The notes beneath the pieces were generated by a model. That model did no database searches and was not told the origin of the DNA. It saw only the letters and a program-made list of their open reading frames with translations. Below, piece after piece: positions 35,555 through 46,520 of a stretch of DNA of 46,520 nt; position 1 is the first letter of the stretch, and each line of letters starts with the position of its first letter. The stretch comes from Eremomyces bilateralis CBS 781.70 (taxonomy: Eukaryota): assembly GCA_010015585.1 (NCBI GenBank), contig ML975163.1. One strand, written 5' to 3'. The position numbers and the translations under genes were made by a program.

Positions 35555-38062
35555 TTACTGGTCTGCGATTTGTGCCTTAACCCAAGACTCGAGCCCTCCC
35601 TTCGCAATAATCTCCTGCACATTCGGCGGCATCGACCCCACCTTCACATCCCACTCCTCCCCGCCGGCCTCTTTCACCAGCACCCGACTCCTCCGCAAAT
35701 CCCACGTCAGCATCCACCCTGTCCGCACCGTCCCCTTCTTCTCCGCGAACGCCGCCCGCAGCTTCTCCACCACCTTCGGACACTCCACGCCCAGCAACCC
35801 GTTGTTGATGCTGTTCCGCGCGAAGATGTTCCCAAAGCTCCCTGCGACCACCAGCGGGATTCCCTTGGCTAGGATGGCGGTGGCGGCCTGCTCGCGGCTG
35901 CTGCCACAGCCAAAGTTGAAGCCGGAGACGAGGACGTCGCCGGGGCGCGCGATCGAGGCGAAAGCGGTGTCGTAGTTGGACATGACGACTTCGGCCATTG
36001 TGTCTTTGGTGACGTTGTCTTGGTAGGTGTATTTGCCGGGGTAGATGCCGTCGGTGTTGATGTTGTCCGCGTCGCAGAGGACGATCTCGCCGGAGATCTT
36101 CTCGGGGAACCCGGGGAGGATCTCCGTCAGGTCATCGGCGGTCGGTTCGGCGGGGGGGTTGGAGGGAGTTTTGGCACCAGCTTCGGCAGTCGGCGAACCT
36201 TGCTCGGCTTGCTCGCTAGCGGTCTTGCTGTCCAGTCCCAGGTTCCCGGAGGACTCGACCTGCGCAATGAGGCTGTCCGCCTGGGACACGATACGTTCCA
36301 ACGCCTCCGCGATGCTCTCGGTCTTGTGCGCCTCGGGGTGCCGCCCGTCGCCGAAGCCGCGGACCACTTCGGCCGCGCTGCCGCCTTCGAACCAGCCGGG
36401 GCCAGCGATGGTACCCTTGAGCGCGCTCGCGGCCACCACCTCGGGGCTCGCGAGGTACGCCTTCGCGTCGACGCTTCCCATGCGGCCCTTGAAGTTGCGG
36501 TTGCTGGCGCTGATGCCCACTTCACCGGGCTCGAGAAGACCGGTGCCAAGGCCGATGCAGGGTCCACAGCCGGATGGGAGCTCCATGGCGCCGGCGGACG
36601 TCAAGATATCCCAGTCGCCGGACTCGACGGCGGCGGCTTGCTCGGCGACGGAGGCGGCAGAGATGTACATGGCGACGTGGGGAGCGATCTTGGGGATCGT
36701 CCCTTCCGGCGAGGACTCGGCGGCGGTGCGGAACACACGGGCAGCGGCGGCGATGTCGGAGCGGCGGGAGTTGGTGCACGATACAAGGTAGGCCTTGTTG
36801 ATCTTGATGTCCTGGCTTTCGAGCTCCGGGAGCGCGGTGGCCACTTTGACAGAGTTGGGGCCGGAGACGTACGGCGAGAGGGTGGACAGGTCGAGGTAGA
36901 GGTACTTCCCGTATTTGGCAGTTGGATCGGCAACCAGCGGGTCCTCGAAGAGGTCGTTTAATCGTTCGTGGTTGAAGCGCAGTTGCGTTGGGCTCGCGGT
37001 GGGGACCGATGTACCGTAGATAGCGGCTTCGGTGGCTTGCGCTCGCAGCCATCCTTGCAGCAGCGAATCGATCGGGAAGAGCCCTGACAGTGCGCCCCAT
37101 TCGGTGGTCATGTTGGCGATGGTGAGCCGGTCATCGATTCCGAGGCTTCGCATCGTCTCTTCCGCGCCGGTGAATTCGATCGCATGGTTCAAGACTTCGT
37201 CGTTGTTGAACAGACCACAGAGCGCAACAATGACGTCCTTACCGGTTACACCGGTTGGCAGGATTCCCGTAAAGGTCACTTTCGCAATCGGTGGGATTTG
37301 CCACCATGTCCGTCCCGTCGCCCATATGCTGGCCGCGTCGGTCCTCACGACCGGCGTCCCCAAGCACCCAACTCCACCATACATGTTGCTATGGCTGTCC
37401 GAAGCGACAACCAATGTTCCCGGCCAAGCATAACCCTCTTCCACCATCACTTGATGTCCAATGCCGTGGCCTGCCGGGTAGAAATCGACCCCTTGCGTCT
37501 TCGCGAACTCCTCGATCTGCCGATACTTCTTGAGGTTCGACTCGCTCTTGTTCTGCACGTCATGGTCGAGCGTCATCACCGTCTGCCGGTTATTATGGAT
37601 CTTCGACGCGCCGATGGACATGAACTTCGTCGCGACGGGCCATGAGTTGTCGTGCGTCATGCAGTGGTGTGGGGAGAGCGTGACATAGTCGCCGGACAGG
37701 ACGCGCTTCCCTTCCGGGAGGCCGAGGGAAAACTTTTGCACAATCTTCTCGGTCAAGGTTTGCGGGGTTTGCGTGGCAGTCTTGGTTGCGGAGAGGAACG
37801 AGGCTGCAATGGGATCCTCCAGTTGCGATTGGAATGCCCGGACATCTTGTCGCTGTGGCCGGGACGTTGAGAATAGGTGCCTCTGTAGTATGGACGGGTT
37901 CGAACGATGTGTGACTCGGTAGAAAGCAAGTCTTGATGCCCGCGACCACTATAATACAGGTCTCATTAGCTCTAGACAATAGCAGATGTGACGATGTGGA
38001 AGTACCAGTTGTCGCTGTATGGGCCGGCCAGTTGCCGTCAGCACTCGGTACAATTGCACCAT
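35555..38062 (-). CDS. LYS4: Mitochondrial homoaconitase, alpha-aminoadipate lysine pathway (exons 38062-38006, 37948-35555; about 816 aa)
   Basis: [31 protein letters not shown], Fe-S cysteines VSCTNSR and GCGPCIGLG, swivel domain GCGSSREQA, and an N-terminal presequence. Confidence 0.96.
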
Positions 38063-38825
38063 TTTCAGCTCGCAGTGACCTAACAACAGGCCAATTCAGG
38101 GTGAAGTCACTCCTGAATCTACAATGGGTAGAGCAAAATATGAATGGCGAAGTCATAGCAACCGGGAACAAAACTTTCCAGTGATTCCCGAGGGCATCTC
38201 AAGCAGTTCAGCCAATCAGAGTTCAGCTGATTCAACAACGCCATCATGAGATTCAGTTGAGTGATTTTCTAGCTTCATTTGATATGCGTTTAAATAATAC
38301 TGGTACTTCGTTCGAGATGCTCTTATGGATCGAAAACATTTATACACGCCCCTTGAACCCAATTCACATAAGAAATATGGTGGGAGCACCAGTTCCAGGC
38401 CTCATCCATCAGGGTAAGATTCCGGAGTAATAGGCTGAGTGTCGTTTCTGAACATTGAGCTATCATTTCCATATCTCCTGATTAATACGGCACCTATCTA
38501 GAACGCCATGATATGCAGTTGGGTATCTATTGGTATTGAAAACATTGGCAATTGTCCAATTCCCTTCTCGTGAATACAAATATTCCGACGCCTAAGTAGG
38601 ACTGTTGAGTGGCCAACGACAATGCCGAGGCTTCGAACCTGGGTGCAGGATTAGGAATCAAGCCATCTTGAACGAGACCGGGAACGGGGGAGTGGAAGTG
38701 CGCAGATCAACACCTGTGAACCATCTAGGAAGAAGGATACGGAATCGAAATACTTCACATGAGAGGTTCGGTAGCGAGGTGTTCTAAGATGGAGGCCTCC
38801 CAAATCACACCGCTCATGCCTTGTC

Positions 38826-41800
38826 TTAATCGTCGTCATCGTCATCATCAAACAACGGGTCAACAGCCCCAAACAGCATTTTCCAAACGTTCCCATCCGG
38901 ATATGGCTCGAAGTCGACATAATCCCTTCGAAGGCGTCAGCATTTTTAGCAAACCCATGGAGCGTTGTAGCTTACTGTTCTACCCCCCGATTCTTATAGT
39001 GCCAATTGAGACGGTCAAGACGCTTCAGTCGATCCGTCCCTCGAGAGCTGTCTCCAAACTGAATAAACTGGAGACCAAAGAACCCTTTTTGTTTCCTGAG
39101 GGCAGAGACGAACTCAACAATTGGTGGTTCCGGGTTGTACTTCTCCGGCCAATCGCCGTCCGTGAAGACGTATATTGTCCTAGGCCTTACGGAGTCTTCG
39201 TTGTGGGCATCCACCGCGGTCCTTAGCTTTTTAAGGAACTCGTTCAGGATCTGACCTAAGCGATGCCGGATATCGCTAGGATAATGACCCTTCTTTGGCT
39301 CTTTGGCCCGCACGGCGCTCAAAAGACTGGTAGAATGCCGTTTATGGATGACATCTAATGTCGATGTAAAGCATAGATCCAGTCCATCAGGGTCATACGG
39401 TTTTACAATGTATCCTAACACATCCAGGCATTTTTCGACGTCTTGCCAATGCGGCTTCATCGATGATGAGGTGTCGATCAGGAAAACCTTCCGACTCTGT
39501 TAGATGGAAAAGGAATGGCTCGAAAACGGATGACTTACATGATCACGCTTCTCCAATTTACTTTCGAAAGTTTGCAGGTGGGGAAGAACCTCTTTGGCTT
39601 GCGATAGCTTCATTAACCGCACCTTTTGCTTCTTCCGCCACTTCCGAGCCTCCTTGACGGGAAGAAAGGGGGGTTTGTGATCGAAATTTGTGCCAGAAGG
39701 TTCTTTCGAGTTGCGTTTTGAGCGCCCTCCTACGGACGATTTCTCCTCCGATGGTTCATCCCCTTCTGGGGGAAGTTGGAACGGGGCCCTGGTATCGCGG
39801 CCGGTTGGCCGTCTAGAAGGAGCAACAGCGGCATCTGTAGCAAACAGATTCAGTTTCGGCCGTCGGTTTCTTTGGCTATCGATATTGGATGTGGCCATGT
39901 TACGACCCCGCCAGCCCAGTTTAGGCCCAAATTGCAATTGATTTCCTTCACTCTGCCCATTTCCATCTAGGTGCAGTCCTTGCATCTGGGTATCCGGGTA
40001 GACTTGGGAATATCGTTCTCTTGTTGGCGATGTTTTTAAGATCGGTGACGTTGCAGAAAATCCGGAGACCCTGCGAGTATAGACCCCATCCGGCGACAAT
40101 GGAGGTCGATCCATCTCGATTCCATCTCGCGTCCTGTAGATGGAATCATGGTTCTCGTCCTTCATCCGTGAGCCAGGCTTGTATTGGCTGCCTCCGTTGC
40201 TGGCTCCATTGTCATGGCTATCTGGAAGTAAATCCCGATCATCTAAGACCGCAGCTTGACGTGTCGGAGTGTGTGGACTGACAGGCAGAGATGACCAAGG
40301 CGTCGTCCGTGACCGGGGGGAAGTAGAAAATGGGCTGTCTCTGTGAGAGCCACGACCATCCTCTAGGATACGGCTGAACGCATTCCAAAGAATAGCTGCA
40401 CTTTGACGTCGCTCCGATGGAAGTAACATATCTTCTACCACTTCCAATGCGTCTAGAGTAATCTTGTCGGAGCGTCTGATTTCCTGGCCAAGATCCAGGT
40501 GGGTTTTCCGCACGATGTCTAAAACCCCTTTCCCGTCATGAAAACAATCAGATTCTTCAATATGGCATTTCGAGGTCTGTTCTTTGCGGAGTGCGGTGTA
40601 TTCTCGGAGCCCATTTGGACCTCGAACCACCCAAACGGCGGCTTCACTGAAGATGCAGCCTAGAGACCAGATATCGGTGCTTTTACTCACCTCCAAAGGT
40701 TGAGCATAAGCAACTTGGTCTGGATTATAGCATTCGGGGGGGCCGTATGTACGTGTGACGGTGCCGCTATATCCCACGACATCATCCTCGTCCCGTTGAA
40801 TACGGCTGAGACCTAGGTCGGCCAGCTTGAAAAGGAGTTTTCCATCTCGCTTGCACACCAGGATGTTCTCTGGCTTAACATCCTGATGGTGTATACAGTG
40901 GGTCGTTTTGTCCTTGAACTCTAGACAATGGAGAACACGAAGCGCGCGAGTCAGGGGAAGCAATGCTTCCCAAAACTGGAAAATTTCATGTTCTTTAGAT
41001 AGACTCGCATGCTCTTCGAAATAGTTTTTGAGTGTGCCTCCGTTGGCGTATTCCAGGATAAGATGGTAGGTAGGACCGTGAACGAAAGCGCCATAAAATC
41101 CGATGATAAGTTCTTCCCGATATGCATTCGAGCATCGAATATTTATAAATGCGTCGACCTCGACAGAGAACCTTTCGGATGGCGTGTTAAAAGACTTCAG
41201 GACGAATTGATTGTCCTCAGTGCTGGACTATACCTCCTGTAAGCAATTATATTTTCCAACACTGGAACCGCTTCATACCACTTACTGGAAGGAGATTGTA
41301 CTCAGGATGAATCGTAATTTGATGGGTTCTTGAACTGCCATGTTGCTGTCCAATCGGTTTGGCGTCGATAATGGGGAAAATCCGGTTGCTTTCGTACTTT
41401 CGACTGCTCCAGTATTCGATCTTTGGTGGGCAAAAGTGCCACTGTGATTCGACGAACTTTTTGAAGTCAAGATTCAACGGCCAATGTGCCGGTTTTGTTT
41501 GGAACGGAAGATGGCTATCCGATAAGCTTTCATAAACACAGAAGTGTTCGATATAGGTCCCGTTATTATTATACAGCAGGATAGCGAAGCATTTCAAGTA
41601 ACTTCGTTTGATTGCTCGTGTCTGTAGGTCCAAAGGCCTTCTGGTAGGGAATAGTTCGTGGCCGATCGCGACCAATCGCCGCTCGTCGAAATGCTTCGAA
41701 AGGGTGCTTTCTGGAACCCACCAACTGTTCACATCTTCCAAGCCAGACTCGTGACCTACTACGCCATTTACGCGCTCATCATTCACGACGTCGTGGAATT

Positions 41801-41855
41801 CGGTAACAGCGCGTTCATAGCGGGTGTGTGGGTCGCTATTTGAGCCTTGGGCCAT
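38826..41855 (-). CDS. Ser/Thr protein kinase (non-RD) with a C-terminal vWA-like domain (exons 41855-41286, 41227-39539, 39487-38976, 38925-38826; about 956 aa; alternative start 41894)
   Basis: Kinase motifs FVLK, LILEYANGGTL, HQDVKPENIL, LADLGLS, TYGPPEC and DIWSLGCI. After a disordered linker come VFLIDTSSSM (DxSxS), IYVFTDG and GLQFIQFG, which are typical of vWA/MIDAS folds. Confidence 0.88.
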
Positions 41856-43193
41856 TATGGTGAGCTGCGAATGTGCGTCGGCGGCGTGTTTCATAGGCTA
41901 AGAGCACCAATACAAGGAGTTGTCCCGCTCTCTCAGTATAGTTTGATGTTCAACGGTTGAGTAACGTGTATTATGGTTCGAGTTGGTAAAAAGACTGTAT
42001 TGAACCGCATGCAAACAGAAAAATAGCGACTAGAACCGAAGATATAAACTCAAGGATGAACGAACCAGCAACAAGGCGGCGATACAACGGCGGCTAAAAC
42101 ATCTTATAAGTCTCGGCGGGGACCAGAGGCCGCATTCTGTTTTCACTGAAGCCGCCTCGACTCCTCTGAAAGGGTTGGGAGGGTGGAAGAAGCAGTCTTC
42201 AGCCAACTGCAAGCATGCGAACCACCTCGTCCGCATTATTGTCAACGCAACTACACACTGCGCCCAGCTGCAACCCCCATGACCATCGAGGCTTTCGGAT
42301 CTCACTATGATTGGTGGTCTTGGGAGTGGGATGGATGAGTGGATGACCAAGCAAGGATGGAAGGCTGCTGGGCTGGGGATTTGGGACAGTGGCATGCAGG
42401 TTAAAGACGACGAACCAGAAGAGCGTCAGGTAATAAATAAGGCACCTTAAGGTTGGGTGGGAGAATAACAATAGATGTCCCCTGAAAAGTCTATCACGTG
42501 TTCTTGTTTTCTTGTCTTATCTCAAGCTAGTTAGTATCATACACCTTAAGTCAGATGTTCAAATGCAGTGCTCTAATTATGGTAAACTATTCTAAAAATT
42601 TATAACTAAGAGATTTTAAAAGTTCCAATCCAAGCATTGTAGCTTCCTAACCAAAGACTCGATATCGTGTTCGTGACCTGACTACATAGTACGGTACACA
42701 TGTACTAGTTAACTAACTACATTAACTTAAGTTAGTGTACCTAATTACAGGTAACTACCTATACATAGTATGCTCGGACTGTGGTCAAATGATGGTGCCT
42801 ACGAAGACCACATTGGTGAACAAAGGTGATCAATAGAGCTCCCAAGTGGTTCGTTTTATCGGTCGCACCAACCACTGATGAAATCCAGAAGAGGCGAAAA
42901 GGCGGGTGAGGGACTCTCGACAATCGTTTGAGCCTAGCTTTCGTGATCCTGTACTCCGATCGATATCAGCTGTTGAACAATCGGCCGTCCACTATGGTAT
43001 AGTTGCATGAGCAGGTCCGCCCGATTCCCACGACGGAGACATAACATGCTATATGCACTTGAAAATAACGACAAGAGTTTTAAATTGTAGAACACAGGAA
43101 CTCCCAGGTTAGAAAGCGAACCAAGTCATATTCCACAAACTTCCTTACAAGACGCGACGACAGTCAGGCCGTTATTTTTCAATATTCCAAAAC

Positions 43194-45217
43194 CTACAAT
43201 GACGCTCCGTCTAATTTGTCATCGGTACCAGACCGATCTATTTGTTTCCTTTCGCTCAATTTGTTGAGGCGACGTGAGTATTGCCATGCTCCGAATAGTG
43301 TAACTGCAGTGACAGGGAGAGCGAGCTCCAAATATAGGCATAGCGCTGGGCTCGAATACGATCTCCTTTCGACTCCTGATTCCGAGGTGGGAAATCGTAT
43401 GATATCCGTACTCATCAGCGTCTGGGGTTGTTAGATTGCCATTCGCTCCGAAAATATTGAGAGCACTCACTGATATGAAAGTCCCTGGTAAGAAGAACAA
43501 TGTGACGATCGTAATGATCCTCATGTGGACCGTTTCCGTACGCGTTTCCTCTGCAACGCGTTGCATGTCTTCGGTAATCCTGTGCATTTGACCTGCAGTC
43601 TCTTGCTGCTTAGACACAAGTTGCATGTTCATGTTTGTACTCCGTTGCTCTAGAGTGGCATGAAACTGTAACACATTCAGTATAAACCAAAAGGGCCGGG
43701 CTGAGGCTCATACCAATTGCTTGCGACCCTCCACAAGCCTCTGCAGGGCTTTTATCCTCCAGATATGCCTATCAGCGTTGTGTGTGATGCCGTCCAGAAA
43801 TTGTTGGAACTGAATCAGCGCCTTCTTCTCGGTAAGAATCTGCTCTGGAACATCCCCACTCGCGAAGAAAGTTGTGTAATGCTCTTTCAGATCTAAAATT
43901 ACCCGTTTGTTTGCATCGAGTACCAATTCAGCTGAGATAACTGTCTCTTCGATATGCTGTAGTCTTTGGAGGCCATTGAAAGTGATATCATCCTGGGATA
44001 TGGTCACTCTTGGCTTCTCGTTGGGATCTTCAGTAGAGTTTGCCAATGCGGCCGGCATAGCGTTCTCTACATCTTCAGGTACCATCCCTAGACTGGAAGT
44101 GACAGCCCTTCTGAGTTTCATGATCAAGTTGTTTGATCTCGCTGCTGGCATCGTAGCAGATCGTTCCAAAAACGGCTTCGAGTCATGGTTTGGCACATCG
44201 ATGGTTGCAAACTTTACTTTCCCGGTCATGTTCTCAACCTTTTCCTCGAGGGAATTGAGATACCATCTCCACTGCTCATCAGACCATTCGCACAGTATCT
44301 TGTGGGTCTCCAACGCGGACCTGAACGCATCCCTAGCGTCATCGAATGCCCGCAAATATTGCTTCTTAACATCTTTTGCGGCTCTTTCAAAGCGATTCTT
44401 CAGACGATCATTGCCTTTCACTATAATCCAGACAGTCCTTCCTGTACTCGTGTCAAATGAGTGGTAAATGCCTGCTTGCCGTATTGACCAGTTGGAGTGA
44501 GGTGAGCTCGATAGTGATGGTGGCTCAACAGACTTCAGGTTATAGCACAGTTGAAAGCCGTAGCCCGAACGGCCAATCTTAGGTATACGGAGTCGGCGAG
44601 ATTCCTCAGTGAAATGGTATTCCTGGCAGAACCCGCTGAAGTAAAAGTCTTTCGGTCGCTCTTGCTTGCCAAAAGGGAATAAGTAATTTAAGAAATCGAT
44701 TTTCACTTGATGATAGCTGAGAAACATCTTCATCATTCCAGATGTGATTTTCAACTTATCCCTAGAGGTTGGGGCCATCACAAATCTAGGTTTTACGTTA
44801 GACTTCCGTGGGATTGCATGGCTGAATACACTTACAGGAATCTACACATCGGATCCTCAGATCGATGGCCATTTTGATCAATGCGGCGCAGCTCTCGCCG
44901 TAATTGATCTGTATCTTTGACAGTGATGGATTCAAATTCTAAGGAGGTTATAGAGCTGATAGATACAGATGTTAAGGGGTAAGGGACACAGGGAAGAAGG
45001 AAGCCGAAACCTTACCGTCGTCTGGTGCGAGCAACTGCAGAATGTGAGCCGCAGCATGTGTTCGTTCGAATAACCTTTCCTCATTTTCCTTGAGTTTATC
45101 TTCCAGAACTTTCAAATGGTGGTCAAATATCCGCCCAGACCGCATGTTGCGGGGATAAGTGGCTGCTTCCACCAGCAATATCTCGAGCTCGTCCATGGTC
45201 GATTCCGGACGAGACAT
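43194..45217 (-). CDS. CorA-like two-TM membrane protein lacking the GMN motif (exons 45217-45016, 44938-44836, 44785-43714, 43665-43471, 43421-43194; about 599 aa)
   Basis: Large soluble N-terminal domain, long helical stalk, then MRIITIVTLFFLPGTFISTLMST (TM1) and LYLELALPVTAVTLFGAW (TM2) with a basic tail. Four GT-AG introns give 1800 nt. The acceptor of intron 1 is inferred from frame. Confidence 0.82.
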
Positions 45218-46520
45218 AGACTGGAGAATTCACAAGTTGAATACCTCTTGACGGACAAAATCTAGGCCTGGGAGGAAGAGGGAAGGCGTGATAAAGGAAT
45301 AAGACAAGAAAGGCTATGCCGTGTAAGTAGGAGAAATGGCAGCGGGCTGTGCCCTCCATAATGCACGAGTCTCCAGATGCCGGTGTGATTCTTACTGCGA
45401 CTTGAGCCCAGGGCTTTCAGGCGTCTAATCAGACCTTAGAATTGCCTCAAATGGGATAAGCCTTACGGTGCTTCTTCTCGGCCCATAATATGGCAGAAGT
45501 CATTCTTGAGGCTGATTGACCGACTTACCTGAAGTGTTTTTGCCCTACTCCCCTTCAGTAGGAGGGCGGTACAGGTTGCTTCTTCGCTTCCAGACTGTCT
45601 CTTTGGTCCTGTAGACAGTAAATATTGTGCTAGAACATTAAAGGCATGAGACTGAGACATATCACGCAACGGACCTACTTTAGTCAGTTTCTTCGGAACG
45701 CTGAACTGAAACTCGTCGTTTTGGTACTAAATCATGGTCAGCCCTGTGAAATTAGCTTGTACACCTTGAATAGCAAATGCAATAACCTCTATATCGAAAT
45801 TATCATTCGTGTATTCCGATCCAAATGTCTTTTGGAGAAATTCGAGGACGGTTGAGCGGTGGAGTCCGTATTGCGGATAACTATCTCGGACCCAAGTCCT
45901 TGACATGTTGGGCTCTAGAGGGCGTAAATCTGCCTATGCTTCTTGAAGAGACGTCTGCGGTCAAACGTTTAACAATGATTAGTTGCTGCAGCCTCAAAGG
46001 CAAGTCGTGTTGGAGCTTGAAAGATGAGACTCCAGCTGGCTGGGGAGATCTAAATACCTCTATTCAACAAGCCCGGCTGGGTTCAGAACCCGACGAGAGC
46101 CTCATTGAGCATTGACTGGTCCCTATGGCATATGATCGGATGCGGTCGATACTTGATAGCCCACCCGCAATGCCCCGCACATGCCTGTCATCTAGATCCC
46201 TCTCTACAAGCGAAGCAACTGGAGACTTGCATGGGCATCCAGGCCCACTCTCTCTGAAATGGTGAGACCTTATAACAGGGTGACAAACAAGACTTGGAAT
46301 GTCGGACACCGAAGCCATCACTAGCCATTCCACGTCGGAGAAGATTCCTACGTCTGAGCCTCTCGGCGCTGCGATGATGTTAAGTGAAAGTTTCGAACTG
46401 GAACCGAAGCAGTGAAGAATCTAGTTAGGAGTTAGGACTGGGGTCTGGGGGTCGTATGGGACCATAAGTTCGAACCCCTGCCTGTTGGCCAACCACCTAC
46501 TTGGCCAGTATCACCATCTT

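Noticed and set aside
46455..46500. gttcgaacccc resembling a tRNA T-loop or B-box
   Set aside because: No paired T-stem on either strand and no cloverleaf.
45360..46520. Short ORFs upstream of the CorA-like gene as a possible third module gene
   Set aside because: All are under 100 aa, with no motifs and no consistent spliced model. A third gene could lie beyond the window edge.

Overview
Eukaryotic, intron-containing DNA from a filamentous ascomycete (Pezizomycotina), judged from short GT-AG introns with CTRAY branch points and from fungal-type actin, alpha-tubulin and homoaconitase. I can build spliced models for about 20 protein-coding genes. From 1 to about 38 kb is a dense housekeeping block: Rab2-like GTPase, an orphan with two CxH-x15-CxxC repeats, actin, FES1, PAC3-like chaperone, APC15, BET1, YME2, an F-box/LRR-like protein, a single-pass membrane protein, PUF3/Pumilio, CDC123, CWC21, a small double-F-box protein, a PGA1-like protein, alpha-tubulin and LYS4. 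From about 38.8 to 45.2 kb is an accessory-looking co-oriented pair: a non-RD protein kinase fused to a vWA domain, and a CorA-like two-TM protein lacking GMN. The best leads are: (1) an operon-like arrangement in which the double-F-box ORF starts only 10 nt after the PGA1-like stop codon; (2) the kinase-vWA/CorA-like pair, a candidate signalling or non-self/cell-death module whose first introns both carry a stop-producing alternative acceptor; (3) a hidden tandem zinc-finger-like repeat that the ORF track misses; (4) a structured intron in PUF3; (5) a membrane protein with PxIxIT and LPPY motifs. I found no rRNA, tRNA, CRISPR array or intact transposon. All exon coordinates were derived by eye, and family assignments rest on motif recognition rather than database searches.
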